DNA of 64,000 nt from contig CM119266.1 in assembly GCA_051294375.1 (NCBI GenBank), positions 20,934,780-20,998,779 on the forward strand, written 5' to 3'. A model generated the notes under the pieces. The model ran no database searches, had not been told where the DNA came from, and saw only the letters and a list, made by a program, of their open reading frames with translations. The DNA comes from Paraspadella gotoi. Its lineage: Eukaryota; Animalia; Chaetognatha. The position numbers were made by a program, and so were the translations under genes. Positions 26,083 through 45,969 of this stretch are shown here, in pieces (within the stretch, counting starts at the first letter, position 1; each line of letters starts with the position of its first letter).

Positions 26083-28611
26083 TTAAATACTAATTTTACT
26101 GAAGTAAAATTGCTTCGTGGTTTCGCTTTTTTCGAATCGCCAGTTGTTCAATCTTTTTTCTTCGACGAACCGAAGAAACTCCTTTTTGGAGATCCGACGA
26201 CATAGGGAGAGGTCCAGAGATTTCAATTGAGGCATCTTTAGGAGAAATTCGAACAATTCGTCATTCAATTTGTGATTCCCCTCAGAGACGAGACTCTCCA
26301 AGGAGCGCCAAGAGTCCACTTCGACGGTCGTTTCATAACCCGCGTTGGATATTCTCGTGCAGTAGGAAACGTCGAGATGTTGCAAGGAAAGAGCGTTCTT
26401 GCGAAGGAAACGTAAGGTGCAGTCGCCAACGTCGCAGCGGCGCAGCTCGAGACTACGAACGAAGCGAATTCTCCCGCTCGCCTCGATAAAGACTCCCGAC
26501 CTCGGTTCAGCCGCCGGCCTAAAGAGGTCATGGAACACTTTGTCCGTCAATCCGTCCACATCGTCAAGGACCAGATATCTCGGGAGGATCCCTTCGACGT
26601 CCCCGAGCGTCGCCACCACCGACGAGGACTGCCCCGAAAGATCTAAGCGCGTCAGACGTGGGATTCGTCGGAGAAGCCATTCCAGTTGTAAAGGTGTCAT
26701 TACAGCCCACGATAGAACGATACCAGCAGGTTGACGACGCACCACGTTTTTCAAAAAGGCGCCGCAAATTACGCGCCCGGAAAGATCGCAAACATCCTGT
26801 CGTCCAGGCCGTACCACTTCGCTGTGCCACGCCCGGCAGACCCGGGCACAGCGCGCGAGTTCGTTTTCCGGAAGTTTATTGAACACGAGTCGCCAAACAA
26901 GTTCGCTGGCGGCGTTCTCAGAGTCGCCGTCTTGACTTTCCAAGGGTCGAACAGGATATTTCTCCACTATTTTTCTCATGTTTTTCAAAGTTTCTGCGTC
27001 GTTTTTCCGTAAAGATTTTGACGGCGCTTCCATGATCAGATCTCGAGTGCTCTCGTTTTTCTCGGACGACACGTCGACCACTTTTTCGTCTTCCTCAGCG
27101 GCGCTGTCGCCAAACCGTCTTTTCAACTCTTTTCTCATTTTTTTAATCCATTTATTTTTCTGCGCCTTAGTCATTCCTTTAATTTTTTCTTTCAACTCGC
27201 GTTTGAGTCGACGGTGATTTGGAGAATCGATCTTTTGTCGCGCTTTCCTGCCGTTGTTCCGTAACTCCGATTCGCAACTTGGCCTCTCCTCCGCCGATTT
27301 ATTCACGGTTTCGTCAGTCGTTTCGAAAACGTTTCCGCCGAGGACCCCGACATCGGTGGGACTAAACGCTTCGGGCCCCATATGAAACCCATTAACGAAA
27401 TAATTGTCGCAAAATTCTTCCTCTTCCTCCTCGCTAAATTGATAAAACTCGAAGTCTTTGGTGCGTTTAACGGCGCCGACACCGCCCGGGCTGACGGCGA
27501 ACTGTTGTCCTTTTTCGGTCACGCCTGATGATGACTCTGACGAAATGGCGGGACTGTACGAGAGAGTCGGCGACGGAGAATTAAAGGCGGTTGTTGTGGA
27601 AATTTGTGGAAACGCTTTCCTTTCTTCAGAATCAGGACCTTTGAGTTTGACGTCAGCTACCGCGACTTTTGGACGATGACTTGTGTTATTTATACTTTCT
27701 TCATTTGGCCTCGCAACGTGGCTCTTCGGCGCTCGCTGTTTGTTAGCAACAGCCGGTGTAGGGATTATATTCTTCAACTTATTTTTGTAAATTTTATGAT
27801 CGACTTCTGAAGGCGAAATCGGATCGTGAACAATTGGGTCTGTACAGCGTCTTGTTTCGCAAGCGCGTTTAAGTTTTCCAACGCCCCCAAATTTTCTCAT
27901 GTCTTTGCAATAAATGCACTGACCACATTCGCTCCGACGGCATGCCTCGCACTTTTCACAGCGAGTATTGCGACGGCGCTTTGGGCCGCGTCGCGCGCTC
28001 TGGGAGTCCCGAAACTTCGCCGGTGGCGCCTTTACCTCAGTAGCAGGCATCGAGATAAGTTGCGGAGTCGAAATATTGGATGTTGTAAGGAACGGTTTGG
28101 TTCGATCTTCAATCGTTTGTACCATCTGAACCGCCGATGTCGGCTTTGAGCTTTGGGATTGTCCGGCATAGATAGACGGTTGCGGGAGAAAGGCCTTTGG
28201 AGAATGAAGTGTTGGCAGCGGCGCGGACGAACGAACGATATTTGGAACGGTATTAAGAAACGGCGTCTTATCCAACTCGCCGTTGTTTGCCAAGAAAGGG
28301 CCAATGTGATTAGGTTGTTGAAATCTAATGTATCCCACCGGTTGAAATATTTTGTACGCACCGAGAGCGGGAGTCGGCGTTGCTTCCTGATGGTGACCTG
28401 AAGTTGAGGTCGTCGGGTTGTGGGCCGGAACGAATCGATATGCGGTTGACGCCGCCGCCCCGTATTCTGGGCCGGAAGAAAGCGCGTGGGGAGACGCGTC
28501 AGGCGCCGATTTCGAGTCGTAAAAGACGGAATCGGGGTCGTGCTTCTTTTCCACTTTAGATTCTTCATCGTCAACGAGGGCGCGACCGATAGGCGAAGAA
28601 ATATCTTTCAT
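26083..28611 (-). CDS. Intronless CXXC zinc finger + F-box + LRR protein (KDM2/FBXL19-like; no JmjC, no PHD)
   Basis: RRRNTRCEKCEACRRSECGQCIYCKDMRKFGGVGKLKRACETRRC is a KDM2-type ZF-CxxC. VWRLVFNKLPENELARCARVCRAW is an F-box. RRQP..LSW..QLEWLLRRIPRLTRLDLSG and LDVSYCTRIS are KDM2-type LRRs. Confidence 0.9.
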   Translation of the reverse strand: MKDISSPIGRALVDDEESKVEKKHDPDSVFYDSKSAPDASPHALSSGPEYGAAASTAYRFVPAHNPTTSTSGHHQEATPTPALGAYKIFQPVGYIRFQQPNHIGPFLANNGELDKTPFLNTVPNIVRSSAPLPTLHSPKAFLPQPSIYAGQSQSSKPTSAVQMVQTIEDRTKPFLTTSNISTPQLISMPATEVKAPPAKFRDSQSARRGPKRRRNTRCEKCEACRRSECGQCIYCKDMRKFGGVGKLKRACETRRCTDPIVHDPISPSEVDHKIYKNKLKNIIPTPAVANKQRAPKSHVARPNEESINNTSHRPKVAVADVKLKGPDSEERKAFPQISTTTAFNSPSPTLSYSPAISSESSSGVTEKGQQFAVSPGGVGAVKRTKDFEFYQFSEEEEEEFCDNYFVNGFHMGPEAFSPTDVGVLGGNVFETTDETVNKSAEERPSCESELRNNGRKARQKIDSPNHRRLKRELKEKIKGMTKAQKNKWIKKMRKELKRRFGDSAAEEDEKVVDVSSEKNESTRDLIMEAPSKSLRKNDAETLKNMRKIVEKYPVRPLESQDGDSENAASELVWRLVFNKLPENELARCARVCRAWHSEVVRPGRQDVCDLSGRVICGAFLKNVVRRQPAGIVLSWAVMTPLQLEWLLRRIPRLTRLDLSGQSSSVVATLGDVEGILPRYLVLDDVDGLTDKVFHDLFRPAAEPRSGVFIEASGRIRFVRSLELRRCDVGDCTLRFLRKNALSLQHLDVSYCTRISNAGYETTVEVDSWRSLESLVSEGNHKLNDELFEFLLKMPQLKSLDLSLCRRISKKEFLRFVEEKRLNNWRFEKSETTKQFYFSKISI

Positions 28612-29246
28612 GATTTCTTGGTTTTATTTTATTTTATTTTCGAAAATATTGACAAATTAATTCTCGCTTCGTAAAGAATCGAACTGACGAGAAAAGAGTT
28701 ATTTTCTGTCTTCTTTTGGACTTACCCGACGCGACGCGACGCGAGGATCTTTTGTTTTCGAGGGATGAATAGAGAAACCAGGGAAGAAAAGACGAGGGAA
28801 GAAAAGCCAAAGGAGAAAAAGAAGCCAGCTTGATTTCGCTTTGGACGCGTGGAGTCAAAGCTACTAGCTTTGACAAAGCTAGTATTCGTGTCCAGGTCTT
28901 TAATATGATCTTCATGCTAATTCATTAGATAAATAATTGAACTGCACTAGTTTCAGTCAATAACAAGACAACACAGAATAGTACAGTTTAGCCACAAGGG
29001 ATAATTTTTAGTACGATTCGGTTAACTTCTTTCAAATAATCAACACAAGTAAAATAAACAACTGATGAAACAATTACAAATACGTAAAATGAAGTCAAAT
29101 ATTTCTCACGACCAGCCCAATCAGCCAATAAATGAATAATCCCTAAAGGGAAAAAACGCGACAAAAGCCGTTAATTGCGCGTGAGCAGGGATAAAAAGAG
29201 CGTCTTTACGCAAAATAGTCACGCAATTTTTTTACATCTTTTGTTT

Positions 29247-29364
<118 letters not shown>

Positions 29365-30550
29365 GTAATTAATAATTGTTTCTTTTCTTGCCAGCTTATG
29401 TGTTAAAAAAATTTAACTTTTTTCAGCAGCTCTTTCGAAAAGCATTGAAAAAAAACAAGGACCATCAGGTTTAAAACCGGTACAGTATAGTTGCTAGCGA
29501 GCTGCACTTGTTTAACTTTCTCAACATGACATTGTTCAAAAAAGAAATAAATGTGTTATTTATAGACTTATCCGATGTAGCGTGCAACCGCGTACTTCCA
29601 TTACTTTTTTTATCGTAATTTAATTGTTTTTTTTAGTCTAAAGGACACTTTATTTCAAACATTTCTTTTTCTTTTTCGAACGCCCGTTGTCTAGATTCAG
29701 AAATTATAAATCTCATCTGCCATCATCCTGATTACCCTCTCGATACTAATTAATTATCGAATTTCTAAGCCAAATAAATTAATAGAACTTATTTTATTTT
29801 TTTAATTACAAGAAAAATACGTGTCAATTTCTTTTTCTTGATTACAAATTTTACTTTAAAATAAGTACAGAAAAATTAAATTGTTTTCTTTTCTACTTTT
29901 AAACGCTTCTCTATCGATTGATTTATCTTTTGGTAAAATAATAAAATTACCTAAAACAGCGCGCCTAACGTCTATTATCTACACATTTTGGCCGCTAAGT
30001 CTTCGGCCTAAATATTAGCGTGAGTTTCCCTGTGATAAATAAATAATTATAAGGCGTAAGGAAAATATTCGTGAAGTATCCCTTTAAATTTGCGAACATT
30101 TTGATTGACTAAAAATTTATTGACAAATTTATGTTGAAAAAATTTTATCCAAAAAAATAGGGTCGCCAAAAATAACAAACACGCTTTTATTTTATTACTA
30201 AAAGTAAACCAAAGAATAAAAAAGATGTGATCTTCTGGACTGCCACATTTTATATGTAAAATTCAAATAAAACAAAATGAACAAGAAAGTGAGTGCAATT
30301 TGCCTTAATGACAATAAATTTATAAAAATTATAAAATGCAGATAATGCAGCGCAGCATGAATCGTTTAGTTTTTTACATGTACTGGGGTAGGACCATATA
30401 TCGAGACATAACTTAACGTCCTGCCCTTTCTGAAAGATTTAACATACAATAATAAAATGAGTGCCAAAAGTTTTTTCTGGCTTTTTACTTTCATATACAA
30501 CGAAACAAAATAATATTTAGTCGTTTTTACGCGCGCGAATTATATTTCAT

Positions 30551-30740
30551 CCACCATTGGTGCCGGAGGCAAGTCATTTGCCTCCCAACCCAAAGGTCCG
30601 GGGTTCTAGCCCGGTGGTCGTCCTAGCAGTTAAGAGCAACGGGGGGCTTAACCCGCCTGTAACATGGTGTTGCAACCTGATCCAAAGCTCATGGACTGCT
30701 TATATTGAACGGTTCTGTCACTAACACATAACAATAATAA
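30551..30740 (+). mobile_element. tRNA-derived SINE-like element (Gly-CCC-like head)
   Basis: ccacc...ggtgg acceptor-like stem, A-box-like tggtgccggagg, anticodon-arm-like tttgcctcccaacccaaa and B-box-like ggttctagccc. An unrelated body and a simple A-rich tail (acataacaataataa) follow. The stems are too mismatched for a functional tRNA. Confidence 0.5.
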
Positions 30741-33516
30741 CTGTCTCTTCAATACGATTAAAGCCATACTTGTTAATATTTTTCAGTGGTCGATTCTGAA
30801 CATGACAATGCTATGTCTTGTGTTCAATTCACCTGATTTTAAGCTTTTCATCATTATCCAAATTAAACCTATTTTTTTAAGTAATTAAAACAAAATTTTA
30901 TGAAGATTTTAACGAATATGCTTAAATAGTCATAGTAAAAATGCTTTTGTTTCGTTGCGTTTTAAAATTGAGAGAGAAAACTTAAATAGTCATATGTATT
31001 TCTTACTGTTTTGACTTTTTTGTTATGCATTCAGAAATTTTACATTATTAATTTAATTATGTGACAATATCGTTAATAATTTTTTTGATAAAAGTAAGTT
31101 TTAATAAAAATTAAACCATAACAGTAACTTACCCGATCCGTCCCTGCTTACTTCCATTTTTTTTTTTAACCAAAATGAAATGTACAGTGTACACCTTGCC
31201 TGAAGCATTATTTTACTACAAATAAATATTTTCAAAAATATTTTTATCTGTTATATCTTAGAATGAGATTAAACAATTAATATAACGCTTAAAAGCTAAG
31301 AAAGAATATCATTTTAATATTTATTCAGATTTTAAAAATTATTAACATTTTTAGAGTAATGATTTTAAAAATTTTGTTTCGATATATGGTCTCACCCCTG
31401 TACAAAATTTTACGATTAGTTATTAATTATTAAAATTCCATTCCTTTTCACATTCCTACTTTGGTAAACAAAGTAGTTCATATAAAAGTCATTGTTATTT
31501 TATTCTCGCGCGCATTTTCCCTTCGATGTTATACTGAAATAAACTCTCGTTCATTTTACTTTGGTATCGAATTCTTTTCACTAAAAATTCCGTCCTCCAC
31601 TGGATTATAAATAATTATTGAGTAAGTGAAGAAACCGGTTACTTTTCATTCCTCATCAACCCACTTTCCGCCATTTGGTTGATCGTTACAAAGCAGGGAA
31701 GTTGAGAAATTAAAAAAAAATATTTCTTCATTTAAGGAAGGCGGAGACGACGACCGCGGCGCGGGCGACAGGCGTGAATCACCAGGAAGAAATAGCATAG
31801 TCGCATATGATCGTCTCGAATTCACTCGAGAGTCACACCACGATTGTGACATGACGATGCTAAATGTTCCCAGTAATCGACACCTGAAAAAAAAAAGTTC
31901 GATTGAAAATTCTCATCCGTTTCAAAGGACAAATTTCTTTGTTTCATTCGCCACGTTTTGTATTTTTAACCGGCCAGTTGTTTGCTTTTTTTTTTGTTTG
32001 CCATTGCAGTCGAGCTTCGCTTTTTTTAATCCACGAGGTTAAAAAATAAATGTGCGTTGAGTCGTCGCTGGACGCGTTTCCCCGAGTTATTCAATGCCAC
32101 ACGCGACGTTAATGAAGGAAGCATATTTTACAGTAAGATTTAAAAAAAAGAAATAAACCAATAAGTTTGATTAAAAAAAAACCAATTAAGAAAACAAAAA
32201 CTGAGTTAATGGGAGAAGAATCTGCAAACAAAACGGTTGTTGGCTGAATTTTATATTTAATTTTTTAATGGTTTTCAAAATTTTTTTATTATTTTTTAGG
32301 CTAATTGACACGACTTCCTTCAAACGCCTCTTGCACGCTATTTTCGCTTTCTCACCCTGCTCGCTTCGTTCTTCCGTACTTATCACTCTTGTTCATCTTC
32401 AAAACCTTTGCTCAATTTCTCCTAAGATCTACGAACAACTCATTACGAGTCCTCGTGTCTTGTAGAAGACAATGCGCCTTCCCTTTTCGTCTTATTTTTT
32501 TTTTAAATTGAATACCTTCTTCCTCTTACAAACATTTACTTTCACTCTGCCACGCCGATAAATATCTTACTTTTCTCCAATATTTTTAGCATGAAATTAA
32601 TTAGCTTAACCCTGATGATCATGATGACCAGATAAGGAGAATTACCGGGATTTCGAGCTCTTTCTGGACTAAATTAAAAACTCGTATGAAGTAGTAATAC
32701 TTAATATTTTTTTCAAAAAATTGTATCAATATAAAAAAAATGTTTGGAATCAATTTCTTTCATCGCAATTATAATTGGCACTATTCTCTCTCACTGAATG
32801 CTTTTGCAACTGCGCCTTGTTGAAATGAGCCTTGTGCTGCATTGATGTGTTCAGTTAAGTGCACCATAGTCACTGCGGCGAAACACCTTGAAATTGACAG
32901 TTCTTGTTAAAAAAAATAATAGTATAACTCAGTTTTTCATTTTAGTAATGTGAGTTAGTAAACATCATATTTCGAAGTATTTTAAGTAAAATATTTAGTT
33001 TTCGGAAAATTTTAGTTAATAAATTTAAGAGTTTTATAATAAAATATATAAGTTAGTTTAAATTAAAATCTTTATACGTATTGAATATTATTTTGTATAT
33101 AATTTTAAAATCTAATTTTTTTAAAACTTTAGATATTAAAATTTAATTAAAGGTAGTTCCTTAAAGAATCACTAATTATTTATGAATTTGTAATCAAGCT
33201 TTATATTTGGAAAGCTCGACGGTAGGCGGGGCGTTGGCTGCGTAAAGTTCAGAGAAATTATTATAAAATTTAATTTTCTCATGTAAATCGATGAATAGTA
33301 TTTAAAAATTCTTCATGATTAAGTGATTGCTATATGTTTGGCAAGAAATATTAATCCTGTTTCCATTGAACGTGAATATTTTTTGATGTCGCGAATTAAA
33401 AAGCGTAATGCGGTCCTTTAAGAACGGGAGACGTTCATTATGACTGGGATTCGATTTTCGCCTCCTATTCTTCCTATGGGAGGAGGAAGAGGAAGATGAA
33501 CAGACCAACGTCGGAC

Positions 33517-33632
<116 letters not shown>

Positions 33633-35004
33633 TGCTCGATAAAATCAATGAAATACAAAAAAAAATTTAACCTTTACACTTGAAATAAAGAACCACACAC
33701 TCAAGTTACTTTATAACCGAATTATTCATATTTAAAATGTAAATCTTTACATGTAAAGAGGGAAAGACCGATATAGGAGGAAGCGGATCCCAGACCGGGC
33801 CCGACTTCCCGGTCAAGCGGGAAGAACTTAATGAATGCGCCAAGGACCGGAATATGGTAAAAAAAAATATTAAATTTTAAAACGACGACATTATTTTAAA
33901 AAAAAAAGACATATTTTCCCAGCTGCTACAGTTGTTCGATAGTGAAGATCAATAAATCATTGTTCAAAAAAATGAAGTATCATTTTTTATTAAAACATTA
34001 TATCGCGGCAATGTGAACATAAGACGGCTTTAGGTAGGATTCTTTGACAGATCTTCCTACATTAGGGAAAGAGGAGGTTATGACTGATTGGACACTAAAC
34101 ACTGTGACAAGTATTAAAGTTTGTCATGGACGTAAAAACTACGTAATGTTCGTCTATATTTAAAATATAGATTTAAAAACTTAAAATTCCATGTGGTACG
34201 ATAAATCGTTTTAGTATTACGTATACAACTGGGACAAGACAAATACTATTTTGGTTTTGGTTTTAGTTATATCATTATTTTTTAATTCAAAAGAATATTT
34301 GGTCATAATTTAGCAACAACTATAACGAAAATTTGCTTTCAAGACATTAAGAATCCAGGTTTTAAATCATTTTTTTCCCTAACCGTTATTTTTCTTTTAC
34401 AATAAATTTCAAGTCTTTCCTTCTGTCAGCTAATTCTTTCGGTTCCTCCTCATCTTTCTTGACTGTGATATTTTATACGCGAGCGAATTTTGACTGATAA
34501 AAATATTTTTTTTTTTAAATCGATTTAAATTCCGGGCATCGAATGGAAGTCGTGGCGGCTCATGGAGTTTGCCCCCCGACCGGGGCGCCGACTACGAGAG
34601 GTCAGAAAAAGAAAGAACAAAACAAAAGAACGATAAAAATAAAGAACAAAACAAAAGAACGGTAAAAACGCCCTTACAAGCGAGACGGACCAATCGACTC
34701 CCAACTCAATTTAAATTAAAAAAAAAAAATCTTCATCAATTTTTTTTTTAATTCTTCAATTACTGTAATCGACTAGACTGTGGAGAGTTCTGTTCGTGTG
34801 CTGCCAGTGTCATCTTGACCCTCTGGGCACAGCAGCACGAAACGTGCGAAGCGAGCGAAGCAGGGTAGCTGAATAGGGGGGGAGTGCTTGGTGGCAGATG
34901 CTCGAATTGTAATCGAAATGTAGCTCTCCCAGTTAGTGTATGAAACTAAGAAATCGAAAGAGGCTGGTTAAAATAACAACGACCGTGTCCTTTAGCGTAA
35001 GTGT

Positions 35005-35138
<134 letters not shown>

Positions 35139-36383
35139 AAAAACGAGCGGGCGAGAGCAAGCGATAGCGACGAAGAAAAAGAGCGGCAGACTTATAGGAC
35201 ACTGAACTCGAAATGGCCAGCTCGCTCGCGGGAGTGGAAGGGGAAAAAAAGAGCTCCCGTAAAAAATCGCTGAGACCGGGAAAAACGAGAAATTCGAAGA
35301 AGAGGCGGGCAGACGAGGAAGGGTTCGGACGGCCCGGGTCCGAATGCCCGGCCGACCGTCGCTCGTCGGAACAATATCGTCGAGATTAGGAGACGGCATA
35401 TTTTTTTCGTTTTTCGCGAGGATTCGCTCCGTCGAATCTCGATACGCGAAAAAAAATCGTGGTTATCGCTTCACGTTAAAAGTCGCGCTAAAAGTTATAA
35501 CGTTTATCAGTTTATTTCGGTCGCGGAGAGAGTGAGAGAGAGAGAGAGAGACAGAGGACATGAAAAAAGATTATACGCGACCCGAGTCCGGGATCTCTCC
35601 CTGTCGAGGTCGCCGTGACACTGGCGATGTTACTTTGTTTCCTCATTCTTTCATTCGCGCTTTTCCGGACCTGCCCGTTACACGTCGCTGGCGTATTTTG
35701 TTCCTCTTCTCTTTTTCCTTTTTTCCGTCTCAATTTTATTTATTTTTTTAAAATAATTGTTGATTCCTTTCGTTCCTGTTTGGTATTCGATAAGAATTTG
35801 ATGAGTTGATTTTTACGATATAGACGTAAATTAACCGGTCGGTTTTTTTATTTCTAAAATTAGAATTTTAAAAGAATAAGGTCATTTCTAGGTTTTCACT
35901 CAAAAGTTTTGAACTTTTAACAAAATCAAAATTTATTGTTAGGCCGGTTCTTAGAAATTAACCGATTAGGACAACAAATATATGATCTATTTCTGTATAA
36001 ATAATATATAAGTATATTTCTTATTGATTTAATTCCCAAACAGGAATTGTGTTAGTTAAGAAGATGAAGCTTGTCTTATTCGCTTGAACCGGAAGGAAGC
36101 GGTATAGAAAGGGTCTTAAGGTCAAAACGGTATCGTTTTGTGTCATCCATTAATACAACAAAATTCGTAATCCTTATTGTCAGTCATTAAGTTCGTAATC
36201 AGAAAAACTCATTAAATTTGTTTGATAAAAGTCAAAGGTTGTAGGATTGATGTCTTGTTGGGAAAGATCTTTTTTAAAGTGTCCTTTATTCTTTTTTATG
36301 CACGATCAGTTGGGTGTTCGCTAAATTTCTAAGCGCCACAAATATTTGTCCTATAAGAGAGAGAGAGACAGAGAGTGAGAGAA

Positions 36384-36414
<31 letters not shown>

Positions 36415-37484
36415 AAAAATAAATATGAAAAAGCAGCTGAACAACAGGTTGATTTAAAGAATAATTGATTGCCAAGAAGTTAACTGATTGATTCATTGAT
36501 TGATCCGTAAATTCGCTGGAAATTTATTTATAAAGCGTTTGATTAGTTTTTTAACTTATTTTTTTGTTAAATCAAATATATTTTATTGTTTAACATATAT
36601 ATGACTTGACTTGATTTGACTGGGAGGTTCATTTGTTCCGCTTCGCAACGACATGATTTTTTTTTTCTAATTTTTTTTCTTCTAACATTCGCCGCGCCGT
36701 CTGCTTAAACCAGAGCATTCTGAAAGAAAAGAACAAGGATCAATCCGCCGGGTCGGTTTTAAGTCTAAACAGAGCAGCGAAGCTGCAGTGAGAGCTGAGA
36801 GGATCAGGCGATGATTCAGTGACGTAGGCTCATGAGGAGCTCGTGAACGAGACGAAGAAATCAACGTGGAAATTGCCTTGGAGAAGGGGAAAAAAAATAA
36901 TTACCTCGACTTGAATTTCGATTCGAATGTTGTTCTGCTCTTGAGATTAAGAGACGATAGGTTATTCCGGAGCGAACGGTCAAGTTTTCCGAGTTGTAGA
37001 TCTCATATTTTTCGGTTCCGGGCGATGGTTGATCGACGGGAAAGAAAGGGAGGCAGGGATAACTAAAAATCTCTTAAATCAAAAGATTTGTCCGAGCAAT
37101 CGCTCACGTCTGATTTGTATTGTAAAACGACATGGGTCGTCTCCACGATCACGTCTCATTTTTTTCAGATTTCACTACTTATTTCCGCTTCACCCATTGA
37201 GTTTATAAACTTACCTCCGGAGAATGGAATAACATCGCAGCGAAGCAGTGACTTCGATTTTTTGTTTGTTTATTTAAATCTTTTGAAAAAAAAAAGAAAA
37301 ACAAGAAGAGAGAACCTCACGAACTTAAAAAAACTTTAGGCTGTGATCTCAGTAAACAAATATAAGAAAAGCAAACCCAAGAACGAAACAATCATTAAGA
37401 ACCAATAGTCACCAATCATCCTCATGACTGGCAAGACTTCCAGACAATAAACCTATTAATAAACTCTATTTTCGTCACGTTGCT

Positions 37485-44755
<7,271 letters not shown>

Positions 44756-45969
44756 CAATATTTTCTCATTCCGCTAGACGATTATATGCTGAGAAAACCG
44801 CGGGGTCTGGCTACTCCTAAAAGTTAGACTTAATTACGCGTTTCACGTTGGTTCATTTTTAAAAAAAGACGTATTGTTTTCGTATGTTTTTGTCGCTTTG
44901 AGACAATACATTTTTTTTGTGGCGAAAAAAAAAATCATTTTTGCATTTTACACCAGATTCATTGGTGCGATTTTCGTTCACCGCGTCGTTAATGTTTCAC
45001 TGCAAAGGGCGATCCAGTTTACTCTTTGTTTCCAAAACAATTTTACCTTTTCTTTTTTTATATTTTCTGCTGGGATTCACGAGGTTTTTATTTTTCGTGA
45101 CACTTGCCAAAGGTAGCTAAAGGTGTGTTAGAATCATTACGTAGACGTAATGTTATTATCATTTTTTTTCGACTCGCGGTTTGTGTTTATTTTTATGAAG
45201 AATCTGCTGATATTTTGATATTATAATTCAGTACGCATGAATCTCATGTTATGAAGCTTCGAACGAATCTTGAATCTTGTATTTTTTTAATGTTCTCAGT
45301 TTCAGTTTCCTTGCCCTCCGAATTTGCTCGTTTTAAACACTTATATTTACTCCCCTGTACCAACAAACTCGTCATTATTATTACATTACATACTATTGAG
45401 AAAAAAAACAATACTAATTCGGTTCAAATTGAATGGCAAGTAAAGTAGTAAATTCAAAATATTTCGTATCATCGCTACTACTAGAGAAGCCTTCCTTTTT
45501 TCCTATATTTTATACATAGTGGAGTTCGGTTTTAACGAAAACATCCAAAGGCTTAAAATTACATTATCGATGGATAAGTTTATCAACTTCTTCTGTAATC
45601 TCGATATAAACGAACTTCATCATATAGTTTGAATCGATAATTTGTCATTATCATTACGAATTTAAATCGAAAACGATTTCTGTGCCAACAATAAAAACAT
45701 GTTAAGAATCAAAAACCGTTTTTTTATTATAAAAAAATGAAATGCCAGAAAATAGAATAGAATAGAAAATAGATGAGGATAGAATTTTGCAGATTTTTAG
45801 TGAAACTTTTTTTTCCAAACAGCAAAAGTATTGACAGTAGTTTAGCAATTAAGTAGTCCTTCTGAAGGAAGCGATCCATTCAAGGCCCTTTCCGTCTCTC
45901 TTTTTTTTTTTCCCTTTAAATTATTCAAAAATTAGTCAGCTTAAGGCATCATTAACACTCACCTGGACG

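Noticed and set aside
32605-32660. CTGATGA as a possible hammerhead ribozyme core
   Set aside because: There is no appropriately placed GAAA and no supporting stems.
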